From Candidatus Thorarchaeota archaeon (GTDB lineage Archaea; Asgardarchaeota; Thorarchaeia; Thorarchaeales; Thorarchaeaceae): a stretch of 64,000 nt of DNA. Where the stretch lies: the NCBI GenBank assembly GCA_019057475.1, contig DXJO01000020.1, positions 113,412 to 177,411 of the forward strand. The letters run 5' to 3'. Positions 19,522-29,254 of the stretch are shown here, piece by piece (position 1 is the stretch's first letter; every line of letters starts with the position of its first letter). The notes under the pieces were generated by a model that searched no databases, had not been told where the DNA came from, and saw only the letters and a program-made list of their open reading frames with translations. The position numbers and the translations under genes are program-made.

Positions 19522-20490
19522 ATGATGAGAATTCTTGATCTCTTTGCTGGTGCAGGTGGTTTCTCTGCAGGATTCGGTCCGTCATCTACTCACTCGCACC
19601 TAGCAATAGACAATGATCCTTTTCCTCTTGGCACATATGCGCTCAATAATCCCCATGCCAAAACCTTGCAGCGCGACATCAGCAAGCTTCACTCACTGCA
19701 GATAGAGGGGATTCTTGGAGGAACCCCAGACATAATCCTTGCATCACCACCCTGTGAAGAATTCAGTCTAGCGAATCCAAAGAGCAATGATCTCGCAGCT
19801 AATCGAATATATGGTACAGGAACTGCACGATTGCTGTTGGATACAATTCGACTAATTGGAGACCTCGCCCCAGATGTCTTTGTGATTGAAAACGTGGCCG
19901 CGCTCCTTCGGGCAGGAGGCAGAGAAATAACGACTCGAGAGTTCGAGCGTATCGGAATCTATGATATCCATTTCAATCTAGTCCGAGCACATCAACACGG
20001 AAACCCCTCGAAACGCCTCAGACTCTTCATGAGCAATGTGAAGTTGAAACTTCCAAGAAGTTATTCCCCCACTGTCATGGACGCGATTGGTAATCTCCCT
20101 CCCCTTGGACTCAATGCTCTTCTAAGCCCCTCCAATGAGGTTCCTAACCACGTTTATCGTCCCGCCACCGAACGCAATCAGAAACTAATCAATAAAGCAC
20201 GGTGGGGTTTCGGTGCGAAGCAATTCAGGGGTCCAAAAGGCAGAACCATGCCCAACTGGGTAAGACTATACCCGAATCAATCTTCATCATCCATAATCGG
20301 CCTATCTCGTTATATTCACCCATACGAAGACCGACTGCTCACTGTGCGCGAGCACGCGCGATTGATGTCATATCCAGATGGCTTTGTCTTCACGGGCCCG
20401 ATTGAGAGCCAATACAATCAAGTGGGGGAGAGTGTTCCACCCCTCATATCCAAGCTCATAGCCAAGGAGGTTCAAAAACATCTTGAATGA
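19522..20490 (+). CDS. C5-cytosine methyltransferase (orphan)
   Basis: LDLFAGAGG, SPPC, ENV, RxR, LTVREHARL, QVGESVPP. Confidence 0.92.
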   Translation: MMRILDLFAGAGGFSAGFGPSSTHSHLAIDNDPFPLGTYALNNPHAKTLQRDISKLHSLQIEGILGGTPDIILASPPCEEFSLANPKSNDLAANRIYGTGTARLLLDTIRLIGDLAPDVFVIENVAALLRAGGREITTREFERIGIYDIHFNLVRAHQHGNPSKRLRLFMSNVKLKLPRSYSPTVMDAIGNLPPLGLNALLSPSNEVPNHVYRPATERNQKLINKARWGFGAKQFRGPKGRTMPNWVRLYPNQSSSSIIGLSRYIHPYEDRLLTVREHARLMSYPDGFVFTGPIESQYNQVGESVPPLISKLIAKEVQKHLE

Positions 20491-20953
20491 TACTACAAAG
20501 AACGTGTATGTAGTACTACATAACGTACATTCAGTTAGCAAGGTTGCCGAAACCGCTCAGGTCGTCTACGGTCTCGGTTTTTCTAACTTCATTGTTTCAA
20601 AGGCTGAGGGTTCAGCCGCTCAGACAGGGGTTCCGGACGCAAATCGGTTTGCAGTCAAGATGAAGAGCAGCTTCATGGTGATGCCAGATTTACGGGATGT
20701 GCTCGAAGTCCTTGGAGTTGAAACCCCCCTGCTAGTTACATCCCCCGTTCTTACAAAAGAGAGAGTGAACTTTGACACGCTTGGCAAGAGAGTGAGGTCA
20801 GGAGAGAGGACAGTGATAGTCTTGTCTGGAAGCAACAGTTCGTTCTCGCGAAAAGAAATGGACGTGGGTGAGTGCGTAAGCCTTGAAGCCCGTGTCGACA
20901 TCGGACCTGCAGGAACTGCAGCGGTAATCCTTCATAGAATCCTTAGCTCATGA
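20483..20953 (+). CDS. DUF2122-type SPOUT-like protein (often annotated RecB-family nuclease)
   Basis: VVLHNVHS, KAEGSAAQTGVP, FSRKE, IGPAG; overlaps MTase stop. Confidence 0.7.
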   Translation: MNDTTKNVYVVLHNVHSVSKVAETAQVVYGLGFSNFIVSKAEGSAAQTGVPDANRFAVKMKSSFMVMPDLRDVLEVLGVETPLLVTSPVLTKERVNFDTLGKRVRSGERTVIVLSGSNSSFSRKEMDVGECVSLEARVDIGPAGTAAVILHRILSS

Positions 20954-20985
20954 AAACGATGAGGTACTAAGAGGATTAGCCCAGT

Positions 20986-22275
20986 CTAGAAGAGATCAGG
21001 AAGCAATGCCTTAGAGCCATGCAGTTTCGCTTGAATCAACGCTTTGATGGCAGTTGTCTTTGAAGGAGTGATATCAAGAACGCCTACTCCCATGAGTTTG
21101 CAGAGTGCAGACAGTGTCGCCGCTAGCCTGTTACAGGTCGGACTAGTGAACACATTTTTCCTCCCCAATCGTGCTTCGAGTGCCTCTCTGGTTTCTTCAA
21201 TTGCACAATCACCTGCGATGAATACCCTGCCAGTTATGGAGCCGACATCCTCTCTATCGAAGCCCTTTCCCATGAGGATTGTGAATCCCCCCTTTCCTTC
21301 GTAGTCATAATGAAGCATCTGTAGAACAATCAGCACATTCAGTTCACACCCCTCCGGGCAGAGCATCTCCTTGCCACGGATTATTCTAACATCCTCTGGC
21401 ATTGTATCGAGAATGTTACATGGATACTTCTTCTGGAATCGAGATAGATTCCCTTTCACATTTATCTTACTCAGGTCGCCGATGCCATTTCCATCATCAC
21501 GGACAAGTGCGAGGTGCTTGACTTCATTAATATCATAGCCAAGAACCTTGGCTCCCACCGTGTCTGTAGCCAGCGTATCTGCGCCACCGATTAGGATGTT
21601 CAATCGGTCCAACGACTTACTTTGGAATGGCTCAGTGCTCAGTGGATAGTGTCCGTTAAAGACGGCATTGGTTCCATCAACGAGCGTATAATCCGGTCGA
21701 ACCAGCGCGAAGAAATCGGCTAGTCTGCGGTGGAGATTGTAATTGTGATGGTACCCTCTATCTTTCTGGCTTGGGAATGCCATCTGATTCTTGACACCCA
21801 GAGTGACTGTACTCATAGAGTGAGTCTTCAGTTTGGGCAGAGAAACGTAAGTGTACTCGTCCTGTTCATTCATAAACTTCTGAACAATGAGCCTTGGAAA
21901 CTCTATTGTTTCATCGAAATGCGGCAGTTTGACACTTTCAGTGGGCTTCTCATCCAAATAGATGGGCTTTCCCCCAGTTCTCTTACACACTTCACGATAC
22001 CCTGTGAACTCGAACACAATTCGCGTCATGTTTCCTTGTGTTGAATTCTCCATAACAAAGACCTTGGATGCATCCAACTCGTAGAAGTAGTTAATCACAG
22101 CCTCCAAGACACTGGGATCTGTGTAGGCATAAGGCTTGAAGTCAATCGCATTTGGTTTGAGATACACCTCACCGGATGACTTGATTAGGCTCCTTTCTGG
22201 CACAGTGAGTCTGAAGACTTCTCTCACTGCGCTCAACACATCATTCTCAATGTCTACCACAGCAACATCAAACAT
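20986..22275 (-). CDS. DUF362-family Fe-S protein
   Basis: YLKPN, LPKLKTH, TLGVKN, conserved Cys in C-terminal part. Confidence 0.8.
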   Translation of the reverse strand: MFDVAVVDIENDVLSAVREVFRLTVPERSLIKSSGEVYLKPNAIDFKPYAYTDPSVLEAVINYFYELDASKVFVMENSTQGNMTRIVFEFTGYREVCKRTGGKPIYLDEKPTESVKLPHFDETIEFPRLIVQKFMNEQDEYTYVSLPKLKTHSMSTVTLGVKNQMAFPSQKDRGYHHNYNLHRRLADFFALVRPDYTLVDGTNAVFNGHYPLSTEPFQSKSLDRLNILIGGADTLATDTVGAKVLGYDINEVKHLALVRDDGNGIGDLSKINVKGNLSRFQKKYPCNILDTMPEDVRIIRGKEMLCPEGCELNVLIVLQMLHYDYEGKGGFTILMGKGFDREDVGSITGRVFIAGDCAIEETREALEARLGRKNVFTSPTCNRLAATLSALCKLMGVGVLDITPSKTTAIKALIQAKLHGSKALLPDLF

Positions 22276-22315
22276 ATTGGGTCAGTCATAGAATAGCAGT
22301 GGCAAGAGAAAAGTA

Positions 22316-22423
22316 TGGTGGGCCGGAGGCGATTTGAACGCCCGATCCCTTGGATCCGAACCAAGAATCAATTTGGCAGGTCGCTATTAGCGGCACCTTG
22401 TTACCAAGCTAGACCACCGACCC
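22316..22423 (-). tRNA. tRNA-Pro(CGG) with 31-nt non-canonical D-arm intron (22371-22401), encoded CCA
   Basis: Acceptor GGGTCGG/CCGGCCC; anticodon arm CTTGG-TTCGGAT-CCAAG; BHB with helix TTGG/CCAA and bulges TAA/ATT restores GGTA|TGAT. Confidence 0.92.
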
Positions 22424-22537
22424 ATGTGCGAACCCAATCCTAGGCGGGTGTCATTTAATTATTTCGTCGAGCATCAGGTGGAATACAGTCAACCGTACAA
22501 CATAATAAAGCGCCATATGAAAACGTGGCTGAGAAAC

Positions 22538-22924
22538 ATGTCACTACCTCCTAACGAAGTCAAAATGCTTTCTCGCAAGGACTTGACACAGAAGGATATA
22601 GAGTACTTCCGGGTCAAGTACGGCAAGAGGTTCGTGAGAGCATTGCGTGCTGTTGAGGAAGGGAAAGTAAAGAAATACCACTTCCTCCCAAGCGACACCA
22701 CTAAATGGGTTGTGCATGGTGATACTCGGGCGTACTTGCTAAGCCCTGAAGTTTTCTGTACATGTCGTTCATTCTATCAGTCAGCAGTCATTGCACGCGA
22801 AATCGACATGTGTTATCACATGCTAGCCCAGAAAATCGCGGCAATTCGCAGTCAGTACATGGCTATTGAGTCTAGTGACGCAGAGCGTAGACGATTATAT
22901 ACACAGTGGCGAAAAGTAGGTTGA
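22538..22924 (+). CDS. SWIM zinc-finger protein
   Basis: FCTCRSF...CYHMLA (CxC-xn-CxH). Confidence 0.8.
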   Translation: MSLPPNEVKMLSRKDLTQKDIEYFRVKYGKRFVRALRAVEEGKVKKYHFLPSDTTKWVVHGDTRAYLLSPEVFCTCRSFYQSAVIAREIDMCYHMLAQKIAAIRSQYMAIESSDAERRRLYTQWRKVG

Positions 22925-23015
22925 TTCATCAGTCGTGCATTCTTTGATTTGAGGATAACTTTAAAACTCAGACCAAGTGTGGCACGCTAACTGAGCTAGA
23001 AGGTCGGAAGTGCGA

Positions 23016-24119
23016 ATGCCACGCTTCAATAATACCTCACGGATTATCGTGACTGTAGTAGCCCTGATGATACTTCTGTCATCCTTTCAGCTCAACGTAA
23101 AAGCTCAAGCGCAGCTTGACCCAATTGTTGTTCTTTATGATGCAAGTCATCTTCAGCAGATTGACCCATTCGATGAGGAAGGGCTGAAGCTGATGTTTGA
23201 CATGGTGAATGAGTCATCACGATACATTATAAGAATCAATGAGGACAATTCTCTGAATGCATCGGTTCTGAATGATGTGGACATACTGATAATATCTGAT
23301 CCCGACGCAACCTCTGAATTCACTCAAGAGGAATCTTCTGCCATCGCAGAGATGCTGGTTAATGGCAGCTCGCTTTTGGCACTGGGAAATCCTACAATCA
23401 CTCAAAATTCGACCTATTGGAGTTCCGCACCGTTTCAGGATCTAGGTGAGAACATCGCACTGAATACACTCTTTGATCAAATCAACATGAGCGGAGTGAG
23501 ATTCAGTGTGAACTACACCTTGGACGACCGGATTTGGGGCGATACGTTGTTCGACTATGAGCATTCCCTACACCCCAACAGCTCGTGGGTACTACAGCTC
23601 GATTCCAGTACTTGGGATACAACGCATCCTATCTTCAAGGACATCAACGAGCTATTCACAATGACTGCCACGCTCAGGCCCATTGATGCGGCAAGCGCTG
23701 TTGCCAGAGGATACGATTCCTCTTTTGCCCAGTTTAGAAAAGGCCCTTACAGCTGGGGCAATGTATCGTTTCCGAACATTAGCCTGACAGAGTTTGAGGA
23801 AGCCCCGCTTTCGTATTCAGCCATCAATGGTACCCTCCCCCCATGGCTTGCAGCCTTCGAGTATAACGGAAGCAGGGTAATCGTTGCCGGGTCAACGATG
23901 ATGTTCACCGGTTACAACCTTGACCTGCCAGATGGGGTTTCAAGGTCGGAATCGCAGTGGTTCTACCAAGGTGATAACGCAAGGCTCTTCATGAATATGC
24001 TCGATTGGCTTTCAGCTGGTTCTGCTGAGCCTCCCAGTGCAATAGTGCCCATGTTGACGATTTCTGCTGTGATACTACTTGTTGGTATTGCTTACTACCT
24101 CATCAAAAAGATGCGGTGA
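23016..24119 (+). CDS. Secreted, C-terminally anchored GIFT/DUF4350-like glycoprotein
   Basis: Signal peptide, DILII..P...FT.EE...I..G.SLL motif, RVIVAGS...DNARLFMNMLDWL, C-terminal TM, many N-x-S/T sequons. Confidence 0.7.
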   Translation: MPRFNNTSRIIVTVVALMILLSSFQLNVKAQAQLDPIVVLYDASHLQQIDPFDEEGLKLMFDMVNESSRYIIRINEDNSLNASVLNDVDILIISDPDATSEFTQEESSAIAEMLVNGSSLLALGNPTITQNSTYWSSAPFQDLGENIALNTLFDQINMSGVRFSVNYTLDDRIWGDTLFDYEHSLHPNSSWVLQLDSSTWDTTHPIFKDINELFTMTATLRPIDAASAVARGYDSSFAQFRKGPYSWGNVSFPNISLTEFEEAPLSYSAINGTLPPWLAAFEYNGSRVIVAGSTMMFTGYNLDLPDGVSRSESQWFYQGDNARLFMNMLDWLSAGSAEPPSAIVPMLTISAVILLVGIAYYLIKKMR

Positions 24120-24123
24120 AACA

Positions 24124-24744
24124 TCACCATTCCGGCTTCTCTACGCCCCGCCTGTCCAAATTCGCTTCGATGGTTTCCTTAAGCTGTGAGATGTTAACAC
24201 GCTTAGATGCAGATATCGGCACAATCTGAGGCTCTATGTCTGGCACAACCTCTCTAAGCTTCATCTCCAAATAGTCGAGCTCGTGGGAAATCCTGCTTTT
24301 CTTGACTTTATCGATTTTGTTTGCAGCCACAACTACACCTGAGGAAATCTCGGATAAGAAACCGTAAAACTCGATATCAACAGGAATCTCACCACGTTTA
24401 TCCCATCTCTCGACAAGCACTCTAAACAGGGATACATCTACAATCAGGATTGCTACAGCTATTTTCTTCCCCCATTCCTCAAGCCTGTGAATGACCGTAG
24501 TCTTCGTTTCTTCTATTGTTGCCTTGCTTTGACCTGCCATGTGACCAAAGCCTGCCATGTCAGCTAGAATGACTGGACCAAGGTCTATGAGAAACTCCCA
24601 GCGCGTGCTTCCGGGGCGCTTGCCAACCCGCACTCGCCTACCAGTCAACGCCCGTATAGTACTGCTTTTTCCAACATTGCTTCTGCCAGCAAATACTATC
24701 AGCGGCTTTCCACCCTTGATCTTGGTACGGCTTCGTTCTTGCAT
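24124..24744 (-). CDS. engB: EngB/YihA-family GTPase
   Basis: GRSNVGKSS, PGST, DMAGFG, ANKID, SA. Confidence 0.88.
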   Translation of the reverse strand: MQERSRTKIKGGKPLIVFAGRSNVGKSSTIRALTGRRVRVGKRPGSTRWEFLIDLGPVILADMAGFGHMAGQSKATIEETKTTVIHRLEEWGKKIAVAILIVDVSLFRVLVERWDKRGEIPVDIEFYGFLSEISSGVVVAANKIDKVKKSRISHELDYLEMKLREVVPDIEPQIVPISASKRVNISQLKETIEANLDRRGVEKPEW

Positions 24745-24937
24745 TCTCCTTCTTCGCCTTTGCTATTTCTCTCAAGAGTGCGTGTTGTTCATGTCGTAGA
24801 ATAATCGATGCAGTCGGCGGTCCAACTCCTGCGTCCGAGAACTCTGGGAACAGTCTTCTCCTGAATCTCAGTAAAAGGTGTAATTTGCTGGGATGAAATA
24901 CAATTGTGTATCTCTTCATTGAGGGACGCAAACATGC

Positions 24938-25189
24938 TCATCTAGAGGACTTCCTCTCCTTCAGATGCTGAATCTCGTTTATCAAGATACGCATGTCAGT
25001 CCTAAGTGTAATCTCCACATCATCCATTTTGGACTCAAGATCACGCACAACGCCATCGATTGAAACGCATTCAGTCACGAACTCATCAACAGTCATCTGT
25101 AATGCTGCCAAGTTAGAGATGTGCGCTGCAACATTGTCAAAAGCAGAACGAATTATTTCGTAACAGTCACTGGGAGGAGATTCTCCCAT
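24938..25189 (-). CDS. Hypothetical protein
   Basis: 83-aa ORF, SD GAGGAG within upstream mini-gene, helical character. Confidence 0.6.
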   Translation of the reverse strand: MGESPPSDCYEIIRSAFDNVAAHISNLAALQMTVDEFVTECVSIDGVVRDLESKMDDVEITLRTDMRILINEIQHLKERKSSR

Positions 25190-25192
25190 CGC

Positions 25193-25306
25193 CTACTCCT
25201 CTTCTTGAGTTTCACCATAGACTGTGTAGCCGAGAATCATAATTAGCACTACAATGCCGAGTATCTTTAGGGCGACATCAACTATTGGAATTAAATCGGC
25301 TTGCAT
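25193..25306 (-). CDS. 37-aa single-pass membrane micro-protein (not in ORF track)
   Basis: MQADLIPIVDVALKILGIVVLIMILGYTVYGETQEEE; TATA-like TTATAA upstream; stop 3 nt before next ATG. Confidence 0.65.
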   Translation of the reverse strand: MQADLIPIVDVALKILGIVVLIMILGYTVYGETQEEE

Positions 25307-25386
25307 GGCAATCCTGTGTCCTCGGAATAGGTCGGCTTATAATAATTGCTGATAGACAAATCCCGAACTACAGGACAATGCTCTGT

Positions 25387-25641
25387 CTATGCAGCTTCTG
25401 CTTTGCGCTTTTCATAGAATTTGTCTATGAAAGATCCATAGACGTCTACAGGCTCAGTTAAATCATTAACTTCATCTATTGCCATCTCCAGCCCACAGAA
25501 TCCGCACTTGACTGTCGCCACAATTTTGGCACGATATAGCTCTATCTTGATGGAGGTGTTACCACACTCCGGACACGGGTAGACGTCCGGAATACGCTTC
25601 TGAGGTCGTCGACGCACCTTCTGCCTTCGTCTTCTACCCAT
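25387..25641 (-). CDS. elf1: Transcription elongation factor Elf1
   Basis: MGRRRR, CPECG...CGFCG, DVYGSFID. Confidence 0.9.
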   Translation of the reverse strand: MGRRRRQKVRRRPQKRIPDVYPCPECGNTSIKIELYRAKIVATVKCGFCGLEMAIDEVNDLTEPVDVYGSFIDKFYEKRKAEAA

Positions 25642-25847
25642 ATTGAATCACCATTTGCCTATTTCACACAGACCGCGGATGGGCCCCGAAAGAAACAGAG
25701 CGGGCTCTGCGACGCCAGTTTTCATTTAAGCATTATGTTAGGTCAACCATCACTAACTGAAATCAGTGACCTAAACGCTGAACGTTCAAATCAAGCAAGT
25801 TTTGCGCACAGAAGCTTTCTTATCTCAGCATACTTCGCTGTGAAACT

Positions 25848-26084
25848 ATGTCAGGTTTCTCAAGGAACGCCCAGTGTGTTTTGCGCATCCTAGAGTCGTC
25901 AGAGTCGATGTTAACTTCGGAGATTCTGGAAACCGCAAAACAGCCTGAGTATGTGGATCTCTGCGCAGACTGCGCTGGAGGCGACGCATTCATTGCAGCT
26001 GCGAATCAGCTAGCAAGTCAAGGTCTAATTGCTAAGAAGTTTGGAAAGGGCGGCTACCGCTGGCATCTTGTGGGGGCGAAGTAG
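25848..26084 (+). CDS. Small winged-helix-like protein with CxxC
   Basis: CADCAGGD, wing-like KKFGKGGYRW; abuts desulfurase start. Confidence 0.6.
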   Translation: MSGFSRNAQCVLRILESSESMLTSEILETAKQPEYVDLCADCAGGDAFIAAANQLASQGLIAKKFGKGGYRWHLVGAK

Positions 26085-27323
26085 TTGGACGTAGCAAGAA
26101 TACGCGAGGATTTTCCTGTCTTGAAGCGCATAATCAATGGTCATCCACTCGTTTACCTTGATAGTGCATGCATGTCACTGAAGCCTTTGCAGGTACTTGC
26201 TGCTATGCGCGAGTACTATGAACAGTATCCAGCTTGTGCTGGTCGAAGTATCCACAAGCTTGGTGAAGAAGCATCAAATGCATACTCTGCAGCACGAGCC
26301 AAGATTGCCGACTTCATCAATACTGCTGAGCCTGAGGAGTGTATCTGGACGAGGAATGCAACTGAGTCGTTGAACATGGTGGCCAGTTCGGTGAAGCTTC
26401 CGAAGGGCTCGAAGATAGTTACTACTACCCTAGAGCATCACAGTGGCTCATTGCCATTTGTGGAGCGCGCACGCAGAGATGGTCTAAAGATTGAGATAAT
26501 TGAAGCCAAAGATGATGGCACATTCGACATTGAGGACTGGAAAAGAGTCATAGATACTAACACTAGTTTGATTTCAGTAGTCCATTCATCCAATGTAACT
26601 GGCACTGTTGCCCCGATGAAGGAGATTGTCGAGATAGCTCATGACCGGGGGGCGTTGGTCATGTCTGATGATGCCCAATACGCTCCACACCACCCCCTGG
26701 ACGTGCAGGATTTAGATGTTGATTTCTCAGCTATCTCAGTTCACAAGATGTGTGGACCCACCGGTGTAGGGGTTCTCTATGGAAAGATGGACCTTCTGAA
26801 GTCAATGGACATGTTTCTGGTTGGAGGTGACACCGTAGCTGACGTCAGGTATGTTGATGGCAAAATCGTTCCGGAATACTTGCCTCCGCCAGAGAAATTT
26901 GAGGCCGGGCTGCAGAACTATGCTGGAGCCATTGGTGCAGGAGCAGCTGCTGATTATCTTCAATCAATTGGGATGCACAACATCGAGCTTCATGAGAGGA
27001 ATCTTTTGAGTTTCGTGTTGAAGTCCCTGAAAGAGATGGATAATCTTACAATCTTTGGAACGGACGACATCAGCATCAAAACTGGACTTGTTGCTTTTAT
27101 GGTCAGTACAGTGAACACTGCGCATGATGTGGCCGGCTATCTCAGTGATTCATACGGCGTAATGCTGAGGTCTGGTGCACACTGCACTCATCCTTACCAC
27201 TACCAGATGGGAATACCTCCTTCGAAAGGGACCAACAGGGCTTCGGTCTACCTCTACAATAACAGAAAGGATGTGGAGGCATTCATAGAGGGATTGCATG
27301 CGCTGATTGAAGCAAGTTCCTAG
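26085..27323 (+). CDS. sufS: Cysteine desulfurase, SufS type
   Basis: YLDSA, EHHS, SVHKMCGPTG, RSGAHC, RASVYLYN. Confidence 0.92.
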   Translation: MDVARIREDFPVLKRIINGHPLVYLDSACMSLKPLQVLAAMREYYEQYPACAGRSIHKLGEEASNAYSAARAKIADFINTAEPEECIWTRNATESLNMVASSVKLPKGSKIVTTTLEHHSGSLPFVERARRDGLKIEIIEAKDDGTFDIEDWKRVIDTNTSLISVVHSSNVTGTVAPMKEIVEIAHDRGALVMSDDAQYAPHHPLDVQDLDVDFSAISVHKMCGPTGVGVLYGKMDLLKSMDMFLVGGDTVADVRYVDGKIVPEYLPPPEKFEAGLQNYAGAIGAGAAADYLQSIGMHNIELHERNLLSFVLKSLKEMDNLTIFGTDDISIKTGLVAFMVSTVNTAHDVAGYLSDSYGVMLRSGAHCTHPYHYQMGIPPSKGTNRASVYLYNNRKDVEAFIEGLHALIEASS

Positions 27324-29122
27324 TCCAGCATATCTGCGACATTCTGCTTCATTCGCTTGATCTCTTCAATGGGATCTGCGAAATCAAGACCGCTCGCAGC
27401 TATATCTACAGAGTCTTTGTACTTAGTCACACGTCCTTGAATCGAAATGTATCGTCCAAGCATCTTGTCAGTGTTTTGCTCTATTGGTGCTTGGTTGTTT
27501 CCAGATTTTGAAATGAGATCGAATGCCTCTTGGGCTGTCATCTGCAGGAGTTCTTCACCTGTTTCGCCAAAGAGAGTCACTCGAATAGAACCGGAACCAT
27601 CGTCCAACGTGACCTTGTACAGCATTCTGGGCTCTGGTTTCTTAACCTCGCCGCAGACGCTGCAGATGTACTTACCATCTCTATCCTCGACCTTCTTCCT
27701 ACAACTCGGGCAGGCTTGGTACACAGGACTTACCTGACCAACCCCTACAACTATGCCACAGACCTCTACAGTTTGTCCTTCGTTCTCCGCATCTATGTCG
27801 CCAATCATGACTCTTCCTGCGCGAGTTATCGTTTCCAAAGACACTCCCGAGAGGTCAAGCTTTGCCAGTTTCGAACCCTTGGGGTTGATTTTGATTTTAG
27901 CACGGCGACCCACGTGAAATTCAATACCACCTCTAAATCCCTCCTTCACGTAGCCATGTTTGATTCTGATGACATTGTCCTCCTGCAAATCTTCTATCTT
28001 GTCTACATCATCATTCCAAAATGTGACCCGTGTGGTCCCAGATTCATCGGCAACAATAAGATTCTGAACTTTGCCCTCTTTTCCGTCCCTCTCAAAGGTC
28101 TTGGACGGGAAAATCCTGGCCACTTTGCCCTCAATGTCGACATCACGCATATCTACTGTCAGTTCCGAGATGTTCTTCCTGCCAAGTGGCTCTGAGGCAG
28201 GTGCTCCTACACTCACTTCCACCGCATCTATCTTCTCCTTTAAATCTCTCTCAACTTTCGAGGCTCTGGTGGTATGGAACTCGACATCTCCGTAGCGACC
28301 AGCCTTGGTGCGGCCGCCAGTGACTCTGATGACCTCACCCTCCTTAGCATCCTGCATCTCTTCCGCATGCTGGTCCCAAAATACAAGTCTGGCACTGCCA
28401 GTTTCATCAGCGCCAATGATGCTCAACACCTTGCCTTCACTACCGTCGCTTTTGCGGGTGAATGTGGATAGATTGAAAATCTTGCCGATTTTCACCAACA
28501 GATTCACATCAAACGCCCCATCCTGAAGGTCATTCATTTTAGCAGTCTGCGACTCAAGCACATCAAACTCTAGACCTTCCATCTCGTGGTCATCAATGAT
28601 TCTAATGTTCGCCATGCGACCAAGGTTGAGTTCAAGGGCGTCACGCATTCCTTTCTTCACATAGGCACCTCTTATCTGAATTACGTCGCCAACATTGATT
28701 GCCCCCTCAGACACTGCCACTGTTTGGTCGTCCCACATAGCGATTCTGATTCTTCCAGTTTCATCTGCAACCACTATGCTGGCGACCTTTCCTTCTCCGC
28801 CGCCGGATCGAGAAAAAGTTCTGACTGTACCAACATTGACAACCTTTGCAGTTAGGGCAACATTCCTAATATCCTCGGATATGTCTTTGATTGTCAGGCG
28901 TGCTTTGGGAGATACCTGATGAAGATCGATACCAAGTTCACGTGCAACAATCATTGCTGCAGATTCGTCGTTAACAACCTCAGGACCCAACTCCTGGCGT
29001 TTCTCTTCGATGAATTTCAAGATGTCCTTGCGTTCATAATCGGATTTGTGTTTCAAAATAAGTTGAATTGTTTCTTCAAGCGTGAGCACTTCTATTACCA
29101 TCCAGTTGCTGGGTAGTGACAT
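27320..29122 (-). CDS. rpa: Replication protein A large subunit (multi-OB fold, Zn finger)
   Basis: Repeated DETG..R...W OB motifs; CPSC...CSVC; start uncertain by about 12 codons. Confidence 0.88.
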   Translation of the reverse strand: MSLPSNWMVIEVLTLEETIQLILKHKSDYERKDILKFIEEKRQELGPEVVNDESAAMIVARELGIDLHQVSPKARLTIKDISEDIRNVALTAKVVNVGTVRTFSRSGGGEGKVASIVVADETGRIRIAMWDDQTVAVSEGAINVGDVIQIRGAYVKKGMRDALELNLGRMANIRIIDDHEMEGLEFDVLESQTAKMNDLQDGAFDVNLLVKIGKIFNLSTFTRKSDGSEGKVLSIIGADETGSARLVFWDQHAEEMQDAKEGEVIRVTGGRTKAGRYGDVEFHTTRASKVERDLKEKIDAVEVSVGAPASEPLGRKNISELTVDMRDVDIEGKVARIFPSKTFERDGKEGKVQNLIVADESGTTRVTFWNDDVDKIEDLQEDNVIRIKHGYVKEGFRGGIEFHVGRRAKIKINPKGSKLAKLDLSGVSLETITRAGRVMIGDIDAENEGQTVEVCGIVVGVGQVSPVYQACPSCRKKVEDRDGKYICSVCGEVKKPEPRMLYKVTLDDGSGSIRVTLFGETGEELLQMTAQEAFDLISKSGNNQAPIEQNTDKMLGRYISIQGRVTKYKDSVDIAASGLDFADPIEEIKRMKQNVADMLD

Positions 29123-29254
29123 CCACTCGATACAACATTTCAGCTTGTATCCTATAAAGTAGTATGCTCAATCCTACCGAGCTGGATTGACTAATCCGCA
29201 GTTGACAGGCCGAAACATAAATGACCACTACCGACAACAGAGAAATGACAACTT

